A stretch of 64,000 bases of DNA from an uncultured delta proteobacterium (GCA_963823335.1 CAWGLD010000005.1:288001-352000), one strand, 5' to 3'; counted from the stretch's first letter, positions 8,912-20,069 are shown. The notes: generated from the letters alone by a model not told the origin. Numbers and translations: made by a program.

Positions 8912-11900
8912 ATGGCACCCTTAATGAAGAAAGCGCCTCATATGGAAATGAAAAAAAAAATCCAAGAATATGTCCGATCCTTGAAGGCCTCCAAACGCTT
9001 GGGAGGCCAGGTTGTTTTCCATAAAGTCATTCCAGAGGAAACAGGGACCTGGGGAGAGCCTGTAGAGGCGTGGCCTGAAAAAATAGGACAGATGCTCCAC
9101 GATGCAGATATCCAAAGACTCTTTGCTCATCAGGCCCGGGCCATCGATCTCGTGAGAGCCGGCGAGCATGTGGTGGTGGCCACACCAACTGCCAGTGGAA
9201 AAACCCTGATATACAATCTCGTGGTCATGGATAGGTTTCTGGTACGACCGGATAGCAAGGCCCTCTACATGTTTCCTTTGAAGGCGCTTGCCCAGGATCA
9301 GCTTCTCAATCTGAATAAATTCACGGCCGCTCTGGAAGGCCGGATACCGACCGCGGTTATCTATGATGGGGATACGTCTGCATGGCACAGAAAGCGCATC
9401 CGAGAGAAGCCGCCCAATGTCATCATGACCAACCCGGAGATGCTTCACTTGTCGTTTCTACCGCATCACCCCCGTTGGGCATCTTTTTTCTCGGGGCTCG
9501 AAACGATCGTGGTGGATGAGGTTCACACCTATCGCGGTCTGTTGGGATCGCATATGTCCCAGGTGTTCAGGCGCCTGATAAGGGTGTGCAGTCATTATGG
9601 TTCATCGCCGGTTTTTATTTTCAATTCGGCGACGGTGGCCAATCCGGACCAGCTGGCGCAGCAGCTCACAGGCCTTGAGGTGCGAACGGTTACAAAGAGC
9701 GGATCACCCAAAGGGAAGCGGCACCTTCTGTTTGTGGATCCTGTCGACAGCCCGGCCCAGACGGCTATATTGCTGCTGAAGGCGGCCCTGCGACGAAATT
9801 TGAGAACGATTGTCTACACACAGTCGCGCAAGATGACCGAGTTGATCGCCATCTGGGCTGGAACCCAGGCCGGAGAATATGCGGACCGGATCAGTGCATA
9901 TCGGGCCGGATTTCTACCGCAAGAACGACGAGAGATCGAGTCTAAACTGAGCAGGGGAGAACTACTGGCAGTTATTTCCACCAGTGCCCTGGAGCTTGGT
10001 ATCGACATCGGCGACCTGGATCTTTGCCTGCTGGTGGGATATCCAGGAACCATCGTGTCCACATGGCAGAGAGAGGGGAGGGTGGGAAGAAGCGGACAAG
10101 AATCGGCCATGATACTCATTGCCGGTGAGGACGCCCTGGACCAGTATTTCATGCGGAATCCGGAGGATTTTCTTCGGAGAAGTCCTGAAGCCGCCGTGGT
10201 TAATCCCTTTAACCCGAACATTCTTGCCCGGCATGTCGTCTGTGCGGCCAATGAGCTGCCGTTGTCAAAGGGCGAAGCCTATATGCAGCCGAAACAGATT
10301 GCGGCGGCGGTATCGACACTTGAAACAGACGGAGAACTGCTCCGGAGCGGGGAGGGGAATCAATGGTTTTCGAGCCGCAAGACGCCACATCGCCGGGTGC
10401 ATCTGCGGGGTAACGGTAATCAATATGCCATCGTGGGCAGCTCCGATGGTGAAAACAAGGGTGCTATCGACGGTCTGCGGGTTTTTAAGGAGACCCATCC
10501 CGGTGCAGTTTATCTGCACAAGGGGGATACTTATTTAGTGGACACCCTGGACATTGAAACAAACACCGTCAGGGTTACACAAGCTGAGGTTGACTACTAT
10601 ACACGGGTTCGGGCGCACAAGCAGACGGATCTTCTGGAAATCTATCATGAAAAGCAAGTTGCGGGCACCCGGGTGTTTACGGGCAAGCTCAAGGTCACGG
10701 AACAGGTAAGTGGCTTCGAGCGCTGGCGTATACGAGGCCGGAAATTCATGAACCGGGTGTCGTTGGATCTTCCAGAGTACACATTTGAAACCGATGGAAT
10801 CTGGTTCGAGATTCCCGCCCCTGTGCAGACGGAAGCGGAATCCCGGTACCTGCATTTTATGGGGGGCATACATGCCATGGAACATGCCGCCATCGGGATG
10901 TTTCCGCTGATCGTCATGACGGACAGAAATGATCTCGGGGGAATTTCCATACCGTATCATCCACAGGTGGGATCGGCTGCCGTTTTTATCTATGACGGTA
11001 TTCCGGGTGGTGCCGGCCTGTGCAGTCAGGCATTTTACAGAGCTGAAGATCTGTTGGATGTCACCCTGAAAGCCATTCAGACGTGTCCTTGCAGGACGGG
11101 ATGCCCGTCCTGTGTGCATTCCCCGAAATGCGGGTCAGGAAACCGTCCCATCGACAAGGCATCGGCAATATTTATTTTGAAAAAGCTTCTGCAGATGCCG
11201 GGGGATATTGTGGATATATCCGGCGATTTTGCTGCGGACCAAAGCAGACATTCAGCGCAATCCCGGGAAACTCACAGTCCAGGGAATTCATCAACCCTCC
11301 GGAGCGATGTGGGGATGCTGCCATCCATGCAGGAAAAAGAGTCCCAGGTATCGGGGCCCTGTGGAAACCCCAGCGGCGATGATGCAAAAGGACCAGAGTT
11401 GTCAGGGCCTTTGGTGGTGGACCGATCCCCTGCCAGAGGAACCAGCATGGATCGATTGGGTGTATTCGATCTCGAGACGCAACGATCGGCCCAGGAGGTG
11501 GGAGGGTGGCATCGGGCTGACCTCATGAAGGTCAGCTGTGCAGTGCTTTACGATGCCGGAGAGCAGGTGTATCACGAGTACCTCGAAAAGGATATGCCTC
11601 GATTCATCGAGCGCCTCCAGCAGTATGATTGTGTGGTGGGATTCAATATCAGTCGTTTTGACTACAAAGTCCTCAGTGGCTACTCGAATTTTGACTTCAA
11701 GAGCCTCTTCACCCTCGATTTGCTGGCAGAAATTCACAAGCAGTTGGGGTATCGATTGTCTCTGGATCATCTGGCCAAGGTAACCCTGGGGTCACAAAAG
11801 TCAGCCGACGGGCTGCAAGCCTTACGCTGGTGGAAACAGGGAAAGATCCGTGAAATCATCGACTACTGCAGGCAGGATGTGCGGATCACATGGGAAATTT

Positions 11901-11980
11901 TTTGTTACGGGAGAGAAAACGGTTACCTGCTGTTCCAGAACAAGGCCGGCAACACCGTGCGGGTGCCGGTCAGCTGGTAA
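8912..11980 (+). CDS. MrfA/YprA-type DEAH helicase with DUF1998, fused to a C-terminal DEDD (YprB/MrfB-like) exonuclease
   Basis: TPTASGKT, DEVH, SATVAN, ALELGIDIG, CPCRTGCPSC zinc motif; after a long linker FDLET, GFN..FD, LDLL, YC.QDV. Confidence 0.9.
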   Translation: MAPLMKKAPHMEMKKKIQEYVRSLKASKRLGGQVVFHKVIPEETGTWGEPVEAWPEKIGQMLHDADIQRLFAHQARAIDLVRAGEHVVVATPTASGKTLIYNLVVMDRFLVRPDSKALYMFPLKALAQDQLLNLNKFTAALEGRIPTAVIYDGDTSAWHRKRIREKPPNVIMTNPEMLHLSFLPHHPRWASFFSGLETIVVDEVHTYRGLLGSHMSQVFRRLIRVCSHYGSSPVFIFNSATVANPDQLAQQLTGLEVRTVTKSGSPKGKRHLLFVDPVDSPAQTAILLLKAALRRNLRTIVYTQSRKMTELIAIWAGTQAGEYADRISAYRAGFLPQERREIESKLSRGELLAVISTSALELGIDIGDLDLCLLVGYPGTIVSTWQREGRVGRSGQESAMILIAGEDALDQYFMRNPEDFLRRSPEAAVVNPFNPNILARHVVCAANELPLSKGEAYMQPKQIAAAVSTLETDGELLRSGEGNQWFSSRKTPHRRVHLRGNGNQYAIVGSSDGENKGAIDGLRVFKETHPGAVYLHKGDTYLVDTLDIETNTVRVTQAEVDYYTRVRAHKQTDLLEIYHEKQVAGTRVFTGKLKVTEQVSGFERWRIRGRKFMNRVSLDLPEYTFETDGIWFEIPAPVQTEAESRYLHFMGGIHAMEHAAIGMFPLIVMTDRNDLGGISIPYHPQVGSAAVFIYDGIPGGAGLCSQAFYRAEDLLDVTLKAIQTCPCRTGCPSCVHSPKCGSGNRPIDKASAIFILKKLLQMPGDIVDISGDFAADQSRHSAQSRETHSPGNSSTLRSDVGMLPSMQEKESQVSGPCGNPSGDDAKGPELSGPLVVDRSPARGTSMDRLGVFDLETQRSAQEVGGWHRADLMKVSCAVLYDAGEQVYHEYLEKDMPRFIERLQQYDCVVGFNISRFDYKVLSGYSNFDFKSLFTLDLLAEIHKQLGYRLSLDHLAKVTLGSQKSADGLQALRWWKQGKIREIIDYCRQDVRITWEIFCYGRENGYLLFQNKAGNTVRVPVSW

Positions 11981-12498
11981 ACAATATTTATTTCAAACCT
12001 TACCGTATCATTTTTCCATGATTATGACTTCGGTATGTAGTTTTAAGCAACTGCGAATTGATTTGTTTCTTCCATTTTTTCCAGCCACCATTTCAATCTA
12101 AGAAACGCATTTCATAAAACAACCACCGTGCAAGGTCGAGAGGCTTGAAATAAGAATGCGGCTCAATCTGCATAATTCAGAATAATAGGAACTCGGAGCA
12201 ACAAAACAAACTAATGGATCAAAAATTGTATTGACAGGCCAAATTTAAATTAATATTTATTATAAAATCTATAGTTAAATATAATCCTAAAATGGCTAGC
12301 ATACTATATGCCCTATAAAGGACTGTATTTAAACCGACAATGCTTACGCAGTATCCTTTTGTCCAGAAATGACAACCCCGGCATTGTTGTTTCAATTTCG
12401 ATTATCCATGGCTGCCCACTTTATTGGAGACGGATTTCGATACTTTTTGGATCCGAGACTTAGAAAAATATTCTAAATACATTTTGAAAGGAGTTATT

Positions 12499-13653
12499 AT
12501 GATTGATTATCAATCTCGCCTGGAAGGAATCAGGGGATTTATGGAAGAGCAGGGCATTGGCGGTTTCATGTTATCCCCTTCCGGAGACGCCGAATGGCTG
12601 ACCGGCATCCGCCGGCAGCGGCCTAACGCCACCCATAGCCACTATCCTGGTGATTGGCTCTATGGTCTATGGGGAAACCAGAAAGAAGCCGTCTATGTCA
12701 GCCCTTCTCTGCCTCTGGAATTTGTGAAAAGCCAGGTGGCGGACAAGGACTATGTCACTGATATCATGATCATGCCGGATGGACATGACTCCCATGAATC
12801 CGCACGCAAAATCGTCGAACGCCTGGGGTTGGCCAAGAGTCGATTGGCCATGCCAAAAACAGCGTTGTCAAAAACGCTGGTCAACCTGAAAGCGTTGTTT
12901 CCGGAAATGAGCTTCACTTGCACCGAAGACTACACCTTGAAACGGCGCATGATTAAAACCGATGAAGAACTGGCCCTGATGCGGGAGGCGGCGGAAATCA
13001 CCGATAAGGTTTTTTACGCCGTCTTCGACAAACTCAAGGTTGGTATGAGCGAAATCGAAGTAGCCAGCGAAGTGGATCTGCAGATGCTTATCCATGGGAC
13101 CGAAGGCTCGTCCTTCATTACCGGCATCATGGTGCGTGGCCAGGGCACGCCCCAGAACATCGAAGGCATCGGGCGGATCGGCGGAACAAAACTCGAACCG
13201 GGTAAAACGTTGTCCTTTGATTTCGGCGTGGTCCTGAATGGGTACGTCTCCGACTTTGGTCGCACCGTTTATATCGGGCAGCCCACCAAGCGAATGCTGG
13301 AAGTCCACAAACTGGTCATGGACTCTCAACGTGCGGGTATGAAGGCGCTGGTTCCCGGCAAGCACACCGCCCAGGAAATAAATCAAATCGCTCGTAAGAT
13401 CATTGAAGATGCAGGTTTGAAGAAGGAATTCTTTCATCGCCTGGGGCATGGCATAGGCGTAGACGTCCATGAGTATCCATTTTTGGATAAAGGTTACATT
13501 GAACCGATCCAGGAAAATATGACCTTTACCGTGGAACCCAGCATCCTTATCCCGGAAGAATTGTGGATCAGGGTGGAGGACGTCGTACATGTCACCCCCG
13601 AAGGGGGACGTTCTTTCAACCAGGTTTCTTGGGAGCCGCTGATAATAGAGTAA
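12499..13653 (+). CDS. Xaa-Pro peptidase family (M24)
   Basis: RMIKTDEE, DFG...GYVSDFGRT, HRLGHGIGVDVHE, TVEP, RVED; ATG at 12499 follows RBS aaggag. Confidence 0.9.
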   Translation: MIDYQSRLEGIRGFMEEQGIGGFMLSPSGDAEWLTGIRRQRPNATHSHYPGDWLYGLWGNQKEAVYVSPSLPLEFVKSQVADKDYVTDIMIMPDGHDSHESARKIVERLGLAKSRLAMPKTALSKTLVNLKALFPEMSFTCTEDYTLKRRMIKTDEELALMREAAEITDKVFYAVFDKLKVGMSEIEVASEVDLQMLIHGTEGSSFITGIMVRGQGTPQNIEGIGRIGGTKLEPGKTLSFDFGVVLNGYVSDFGRTVYIGQPTKRMLEVHKLVMDSQRAGMKALVPGKHTAQEINQIARKIIEDAGLKKEFFHRLGHGIGVDVHEYPFLDKGYIEPIQENMTFTVEPSILIPEELWIRVEDVVHVTPEGGRSFNQVSWEPLIIE

Positions 13654-13724
13654 CATAACCATTTCTGCTTGTTCGGCCGAAACCGGTCATAGGACGGACA
13701 AGCAGATTTCAGTTTGATGGTGGA

Positions 13725-13896
13725 TAGAAGCCATCTCAAAAAAAGGGTTTTGGTTCCCCGCAAAAAGAGCGGGATCTTCGTCAAGTTCAAGGCGGGCCCG
13801 AACTTCAACCCGCAGGCATACTGTAGTATTCCGAGGAGTTGAAGCAAGGGACCAACACAGAAATTGGGCCAAAATATTTTTTTGAGATAGCTTCTA
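13725..13896. mobile_element. Non-autonomous MITE-like element, 172 bp
   Basis: Terminal inverted repeats tagaagccatctcaaaaaa / ttttttgagatagcttcta (1 mismatch in 19); related short copy at 50615-50665. Confidence 0.7.
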
Positions 13897-13962
13897 GTAT
13901 TTATGAAGCAATACCCATTGAGGGTATATTGACAAAAACATTTAACAAGGAGGTTGGATGCT

Positions 13963-15573
13963 GTGAAAAAACTATCGATTTTATTGACAATTCTATTGAT
14001 GACGGCGTTCGCTTTTCCAGGTTATGCCGATCAACCTAAGGAAGGCGGAACATTGGTTTTCGGCCGGGGTGGAGACACCGTCGGTCTGGACCCGGCCTAT
14101 GAAACCGACGGCAACTCCTACATGATTTGCGATAATATTTACGAAGGTCTAATTGCCTACGAAGATGAATCGACCGTATTGAAACCCAGTCTGGCCGAAT
14201 CATGGTCCATCAGCGATGACGGCCTTACCTACACCATGAACATCCGCCGGGGCGTCAAATTTCACGACGGCTCCCAGTTGGATGCCAACGCCGTGGTCTT
14301 TTCCTTGGGTAGAATGATGAAAAAGCCCAATGTAAAATGGTTTGGGGAGGGTTATAAAATTCCAACCCAGGAACGCCCCCCGGAGTACTGGTCCAACATG
14401 TCCATGGACAGCATCATCGACGCGGTGGAAGCTGAAGGGGAATACACGGTGGTTTTTCGGCTGAAGGTTATCACCGCCCCGTTTCTCTCTAACCTGGGCA
14501 TGGACTTTGCCAGCATCATCAGCCCGACGGCTTTTTTAAAAAACCCCGAGGAATTTGTGCGAAATCCTGTGGGAACCGGCCCGTTCAAGTTCAGTAAATG
14601 GATTAGAGACGATAAACTTACCTTGGTCAAGAACGAAAACTATTGGGACAAGGCCAACGGCGGACCGTACCTGGACAAAGTGGTATTTCGGTCCATTCCT
14701 GAAAATGCAGTTCGGTTCCTGGAACTTAAAACAGGCGGTGTCAATATTTGCCAGTTCCCCAACGCGGCCGACATCCCCATGGCCAAACAGGATAAAAACT
14801 TGAAAATGGCGTCTCAGGCCGGAATGAATGTTGGATACGTCAGTTTCAATTTCACTAAAAAGCTTTGGCAGGATGTCAACATGCGCAAAGCAGTGGCGCA
14901 CGCCATCAACCGGAAGGCCATTGTGGATAATATCTATCAGGGCATGGGGCAAGTGGCCAAGAATCCCCTGCCGCCCAATATTTGGGGATGGAACAAGGAT
15001 GTCCCGGACATCACCTATGATCCCGAACTGGCCAAGGAATATTTAGCAAAAGCGGGGTATCCGGACGGCAAGGGTCTACCTGAAATTTCCTTATGGTCCA
15101 TGCCGGTCCCCAGGCCCTACAACCCGGACGGGCTTAAACTCGGGATCGCCATGTGCGGCGATCTGGCCAAGATCGGAATCAAGGCCAAGGTCGTCAGTTA
15201 CGACTGGGGCACTTACCTCAAGAGACAAAAGGAACAACCCGATGACATGGATCTTTTTCAGCTCGGGAACACCGGTGACAACGGAGACCCTGACAACTTT
15301 CTGGGACTTTTATTTGACGGACTTGTCTCGCCGGCCATTCGTACTCAATGGAAGAATGAGGAATACCACCGTTTGATGGTATTAGGCCGGGAGACGCTCG
15401 ACCAGGCCAAACGAGTCGAAATATATGAAAAGGCGTTGCAGATCATATATGAAGAAATGCCGGCCATCGCCATTGCCCATTCACGGGTCATCTGGCCCAT
15501 GAGCAATAACATGATGGGCTTCAAATTGCACCCGACCGGCTCCGTCTTTTTGAAGAACGTTTGGTTGAACTAA
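13963..15573 (+). CDS. dppA: Dipeptide/oligopeptide ABC substrate-binding protein
   Basis: Signal peptide; LAESWSISDDG, GVKFHDG, PVGTGPF, RPYNPD, DNGDPDNF; GTG start after RBS aggagg. Confidence 0.9.
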   Translation: MKKLSILLTILLMTAFAFPGYADQPKEGGTLVFGRGGDTVGLDPAYETDGNSYMICDNIYEGLIAYEDESTVLKPSLAESWSISDDGLTYTMNIRRGVKFHDGSQLDANAVVFSLGRMMKKPNVKWFGEGYKIPTQERPPEYWSNMSMDSIIDAVEAEGEYTVVFRLKVITAPFLSNLGMDFASIISPTAFLKNPEEFVRNPVGTGPFKFSKWIRDDKLTLVKNENYWDKANGGPYLDKVVFRSIPENAVRFLELKTGGVNICQFPNAADIPMAKQDKNLKMASQAGMNVGYVSFNFTKKLWQDVNMRKAVAHAINRKAIVDNIYQGMGQVAKNPLPPNIWGWNKDVPDITYDPELAKEYLAKAGYPDGKGLPEISLWSMPVPRPYNPDGLKLGIAMCGDLAKIGIKAKVVSYDWGTYLKRQKEQPDDMDLFQLGNTGDNGDPDNFLGLLFDGLVSPAIRTQWKNEEYHRLMVLGRETLDQAKRVEIYEKALQIIYEEMPAIAIAHSRVIWPMSNNMMGFKLHPTGSVFLKNVWLN

Positions 15574-15603
15574 CAACCGTAGAAGGAATGCTAAATTAAT
15601 ATC

Positions 15604-15630
15604 GGGGGAGCACTTTGAAAGAGCTCCCCC
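15604..15630 (+). terminator. GC-rich hairpin between dppA and dppB
   Basis: gggggagc-N11-gctccccc with AT-rich flanks. Confidence 0.6.
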
Positions 15631-15658
15631 TAATATTGTTTAGCGGGAGTCGGTATTA

Positions 15659-16663
15659 ATGCTCGGATACATTATTAGACGCTGTTTTTCAGTCATTCCC
15701 ACTTTGCTAGGCGTATCCATCATAATTTTTCTCATGTTGCGCCTTACGCCCGGCGACCCGGCCGAGTTGCTGCTCGGCGAGCGGGCCACTGACGAATCTC
15801 TGCACGCCATGCGCGAACACCTGGGCCTCAACGAGCCGATTTACATACAGTACGGCTTATTTTTAAAACGCTTGATGAAGGGTGATTTGGGGGTGACCAT
15901 CTGGAGTCGCCAGAAGGTCTGGCACGAAATCAAGGAGCGTTTTCCGGCCACGATGGAACTAGCCATCGCCGCCATGTTTATCAGTTCGATATTGGGCGTT
16001 CTACTCGGCTTGATATCTGCGGCCAGGCAGTATTCCGTTTTCGACTACATTAGTATGCTGGTGTCACTGATCGGGGTCAGTATGCCGGTATTTTGGCTGG
16101 CCCTTATGCTGATGCTTATTTTTTCCCTTTGGCTGGGCTGGTTGCCCATGTCTGGCCGGCTTGGCGTGAGTGAAACTTTGGAAGTCATTACAAATTTTTA
16201 TGTTCTGGACAGCATCCTGACTCGGAACTGGTCGGCGCTCTCTGATTCGATCAAACATTTGGTCTTGCCGGCAGTCGCTTTGTCTACCATTCCCTTGGCC
16301 ATTATAGCCCGTATGACCCGGTCGAGCATGCTGGAAGTCCTTCGGCAGGATTACATCAAGACGGCCAGGGCCAAAGGGCTTGGAACCATGATGATTTATT
16401 TCAAACACGCTCTTAGAAACGGCTTGATTCCCGTCATCACCGTCATCGGTCTTCAAGTGGGCGCTATGATGGGCGGCGCCATCCTGACGGAAACAGTTTT
16501 CGCCTGGCCCGGCGTGGGCAAGTGGATTTTCGACGGTGTGGCCAAGCGCGACTATATGGTCATTCAGGGCGGCACCCTGGTCATCGCCGCCACGTTCGTC
16601 CTGGTCAATCTGCTGGTGGACCTTTTATACGCCGTCATTAACCCGAGAATCAACGTAAAGTGA
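15659..16663 (+). CDS. dppB: Peptide ABC permease
   Basis: PGDPA, RFPATMEL, SMPVFW, DYIKTARAKGL EAA loop. Confidence 0.92.
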   Translation: MLGYIIRRCFSVIPTLLGVSIIIFLMLRLTPGDPAELLLGERATDESLHAMREHLGLNEPIYIQYGLFLKRLMKGDLGVTIWSRQKVWHEIKERFPATMELAIAAMFISSILGVLLGLISAARQYSVFDYISMLVSLIGVSMPVFWLALMLMLIFSLWLGWLPMSGRLGVSETLEVITNFYVLDSILTRNWSALSDSIKHLVLPAVALSTIPLAIIARMTRSSMLEVLRQDYIKTARAKGLGTMMIYFKHALRNGLIPVITVIGLQVGAMMGGAILTETVFAWPGVGKWIFDGVAKRDYMVIQGGTLVIAATFVLVNLLVDLLYAVINPRINVK

Positions 16664-16667
16664 CGGT

Positions 16668-17543
16668 ATGAAGAATCACGAAGACAGACATCCGATATTC
16701 GATCAAATGGAGAAACTGATCAAGAACCGGACCGGCTTGATCGGTTTGATCATTATCACCATTTTTGTTTTGGCGGCGATTTTCGCGCCCTGGATCAGCC
16801 CCCATGACCCGATTGAAAACGCTCTTTACGAACAGTTAAAACCACCTATCTGGGACGAACAAGGCGCCTGGAAGAATGTCCTTGGCACCGACGACCTCGG
16901 CCGCGACATTTTTTCGCGCTTGATTTGGGGGGCGCGGGTTTCTCTGATAGTCGGTGTGGTCAGCGTCGGAATCGGCCTTTTTTTCGGTTCATTTTTAGGC
17001 GCGATCGCCGGGTATTTCAAGGGCCGGCTGGATAACGTGATTATGCGCCTGATGGATATCATGCTGGCTTTTCCGAGTATTCTGCTGGCCATTGTTATCG
17101 TGGCCTATCTGGGGCCGGGCCTGATGAACGCCATGATCGCCATCGGCATCATGAGTATTCCCCGTTTCGCTCGAATCGTGCGCGCCTCGGTGATAGAGGA
17201 ATACGACAAGGACTACGTCCTGGCGGCAAAGGCCCTTGGCACTCGCAATTTTCGCATAATTTTCAACGCCATCTTTCCCAACTGTCTGGCGCCCATCATC
17301 GTGCAGGCGTCCTTGGGTTTCGGCGCCGCCATATTGGACGCTGCGGGCCTGAGTTTTCTCGGGCTGGGCGCCCAACCGCCGATTCCGGAATGGGGCGCCA
17401 TGATCGCCATGGGGCGAGGCTTGATACTCAGGGCTTGGTGGGTGATGACCTTTCCCGGCATCGCGATTTTATTTGGCGTGCTGGGTTTCAACTTGCTGGG
17501 CGACGGACTCCGGGACGCCCTGGATCCGAGGTTGAGAGACTAA
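16668..17543 (+). CDS. dppC: Peptide ABC permease
   Basis: [37 protein letters not shown]. Confidence 0.92.
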   Translation: MKNHEDRHPIFDQMEKLIKNRTGLIGLIIITIFVLAAIFAPWISPHDPIENALYEQLKPPIWDEQGAWKNVLGTDDLGRDIFSRLIWGARVSLIVGVVSVGIGLFFGSFLGAIAGYFKGRLDNVIMRLMDIMLAFPSILLAIVIVAYLGPGLMNAMIAIGIMSIPRFARIVRASVIEEYDKDYVLAAKALGTRNFRIIFNAIFPNCLAPIIVQASLGFGAAILDAAGLSFLGLGAQPPIPEWGAMIAMGRGLILRAWWVMTFPGIAILFGVLGFNLLGDGLRDALDPRLRD

Positions 17544-18520
17544 TGGCCAGCGAATATTTATTGAAAATAAAAGGCCTGAAAACCTATTTCGATGCTCGGG
17601 GCGGCGTGGTCAAAGCCGTGGACGACGTCAGTTTTTCCCTCAAACCGGGCCACACCCTCGGACTGGTCGGCGAATCCGGATGCGGAAAAAGCGTCACCGC
17701 CGCCTCCATCATGGGACTGATCCCGTCACCGCCCGGACGCAACGCCGGCGGAGAAATCCTGTTCGAGGGCGAAGACCTGCTCAAGCTCCCGGAATCCCGA
17801 ATGAAAAAAATTCGCGGCGCCCGTATATCCATGATCTTTCAGGAACCTATGACCTCCCTGAACCCGGTCTTTACGGTGGGCGATCAGGTGTCGGAAGTGA
17901 TTCGGCTCCACGAAAAACTTTCCAAACGGGATACACGTGATCGCGTGATCGAAATGTTTTCCCTTGTGGGCATCCCGGCGCCGGAAACCCGCATCAATGA
18001 TTATCCCTACCAAATGAGCGGCGGTATGCGCCAACGGGTGATGATCGCCATCGCCCTGGCCTGTTCGCCGCGATTGATGATCGCTGATGAGCCCACCACG
18101 GCCTTGGACGTCACAATACAAGCCCAGATTCTCGGCCTGATGAACAAGCTTAAAAGTGAAATTGGGGCGTCCATTTTGTTTATCACCCACGACCTGGGCG
18201 TGATTGCAGAAACCGCGCAACACGTGGCCGTCATGTACGCCGGGCAGGTTATGGAATACGCGGATGTCGGGCCGTTGTTCGAGGATCCCAAGCATCCATA
18301 CACGATTGGGCTCTTACGCTCGATACCGCGTGTGGGACGTAGCGAAAAACTGAAAAGGCTATCCACCATCAAAGGCACGGTGCCGTCTTTATTCAATTTA
18401 CCGAAAGGCTGTCTGTTTTCCGAACGATGTCCGGACGTCTTCGACCTATGTCAAAAGGCCAGACCGGATTTAATCGATTTGGGCGAAGGGCGGCAGGTGC
18501 GGTGTTATAAATATGTCTGA
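17543..18520 (+). CDS. dppD: Peptide ABC ATPase
   Basis: [25 protein letters not shown]-terminal Cys motif; TAATG overlap with dppC. Confidence 0.92.
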   Translation: MASEYLLKIKGLKTYFDARGGVVKAVDDVSFSLKPGHTLGLVGESGCGKSVTAASIMGLIPSPPGRNAGGEILFEGEDLLKLPESRMKKIRGARISMIFQEPMTSLNPVFTVGDQVSEVIRLHEKLSKRDTRDRVIEMFSLVGIPAPETRINDYPYQMSGGMRQRVMIAIALACSPRLMIADEPTTALDVTIQAQILGLMNKLKSEIGASILFITHDLGVIAETAQHVAVMYAGQVMEYADVGPLFEDPKHPYTIGLLRSIPRVGRSEKLKRLSTIKGTVPSLFNLPKGCLFSERCPDVFDLCQKARPDLIDLGEGRQVRCYKYV

Positions 18521-19502
18521 AACAGCCATGAATACGAATTTCAAGTTCCTTGTCGAAGTCAAGGATGTGGTGAAATATTATCCGATTCGGGGCGGGGTTC
18601 TGTTGCGGGAAGTCGCGCAGGTGAAGGCTGTGGACGGCGTATCCTTGGGCATCGCCCCCGGTGAAACCCTGGGTCTGGTTGGGGAATCCGGGTGCGGTAA
18701 GTCTACCTTGGGCCGAGTTGTTTTGCGCCTTGAAGACCCGACTTCAGGAGATGTGTTTTTTCAGGGCGAAAATATTTTAAAGTTCGGCAAGCAACGAATG
18801 CGCGGACTAAGAAGGCATATGCAGATTGTTTTCCAGGATCCGTTCTCCTCGCTCAACCCTCGAAAGAACGTCGAACATATTGTCGGTGAACCGCTTTTCG
18901 TTCACGGTATGACCAGCCGAAGAGAACGACGGGAAAAGGTTGTCGACCTACTGGATGTGGTTGGACTAAGGTCCGAACACCTGCGCCGGTTTCCACATCA
19001 ATTTTCAGGCGGTCAAAGGCAGCGGTTGAGCGTGGCCAGGGCCCTGGCCCTGAACCCGAAGCTAATTGTTTGCGACGAGGCGGTCAGCGCCCTTGACGTC
19101 TCCATCCAGGCTCAGGTGATCAATCTGTTTCAGGATCTTCAGGAAGAATTCGGCCTAACGTATCTCTTTATCTCCCATGACCTGTCCGTGGTCGAACACA
19201 TCAGCGACCGGGTGGCTGTAATGTACCTGGGGCGCATTGTGGAGCTGGCCGATTCCGACGAACTCTATGAATCGCCCATGCATCCGTACACCCAGGCCCT
19301 TCTGGCCGCGGCGCCTGTGCCGGACCCGAAAAACATCCCTGACCGGGTGGTGTTGACCGGCGACGTGCCCAGCCCCATCAGTCCGCCGTCGGGGTGCCAT
19401 TTCCACACTCGCTGTCCAAAAGCCATGAGTATGTGCAGTCAGAGCCCTCCGCGTATGAAAGAGCTGAAATCGGGGTACTTTGTGTCGTGCTTTTTGTATT
19501 AG
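18513..19502 (+). CDS. dppF: Peptide ABC ATPase
   Basis: [35 protein letters not shown]. Confidence 0.92.
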   Translation: MSETAMNTNFKFLVEVKDVVKYYPIRGGVLLREVAQVKAVDGVSLGIAPGETLGLVGESGCGKSTLGRVVLRLEDPTSGDVFFQGENILKFGKQRMRGLRRHMQIVFQDPFSSLNPRKNVEHIVGEPLFVHGMTSRRERREKVVDLLDVVGLRSEHLRRFPHQFSGGQRQRLSVARALALNPKLIVCDEAVSALDVSIQAQVINLFQDLQEEFGLTYLFISHDLSVVEHISDRVAVMYLGRIVELADSDELYESPMHPYTQALLAAAPVPDPKNIPDRVVLTGDVPSPISPPSGCHFHTRCPKAMSMCSQSPPRMKELKSGYFVSCFLY

Positions 19503-19824
19503 AGTTAATAATTTTTGGATATAGGGAAGTCATCTCCGTAATTGCGGATAAAGGATTCTTGTCTTGCTGTTTCAATGCCTGCTCCAGGGTCACAGCGACT
19601 CGATGAAGTCGAGTGAGCGATAAATTGCCGGAGGCGCCCTTGATGTCATGAATATTTTTTCCGGCGACTTCCCATTCACCGCCTTTTACGTGCACTCGGA
19701 TCGATCCCGAGGCCCCGGCGTATAAATATTGATAATCCTCGATTAACGACGCATAGAGTTCCATATCCCCAGCCAGGAGAGATGCGCCTTTTTCCATATC
19801 GATATCCGGCGTCTCCTCCTCCGA
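19500..19824 (-). pseudogene. Hpt-domain fragment of a hybrid histidine kinase
   Basis: PDIDMEKGASLLAGDMELY...HDIKGASGNL...LEQALK (Hpt HxxKGxxGNL motif); no N-terminal domains, and the frame runs into the end of dppF. Confidence 0.65.
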
Positions 19825-19907
19825 CTTTTCCCTCGAGCGCCGTTTAATGGGAAGTCAAGGTTTGCCGAGTCGCTTTGGGATGCATTCTTAACATCATCCG
19901 GAGATAT

Positions 19908-20069
19908 GCGAAACGTTGACGGAGACTTGCAGGCCGGGCTATTGAGCCGCGAAAGATGTGGCAAATCTCTGGGGCGTCGACGTCGTCCACAAGAACGGAA
20001 GGTAACATCGGCCACGTCGTTAACGCAAGACGTGGTCGAGCCGTGCGTGGTCAGAGACCCCGAGCATGT
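19908..20069 (+). ncRNA. Group II intron domain I remnant
   Basis: Ordered blocks gaaacgttgac..tgcaggccggg.tattgagccgcgaaa..cgacgtcgt..cggaagg.aaca..(hairpin ccacgtc/gacgtgg)..gcgtggtcagagaccccgagcatgt recall bacterial group II intron 5' domains; no RT gene or domain V seen. Confidence 0.7.

Noticed and set aside
8912-11980. DUF1998 helicase as DISARM or Druantia
   Set aside because: No methylase or partner genes; the architecture fits MrfA/YprA repair helicases.
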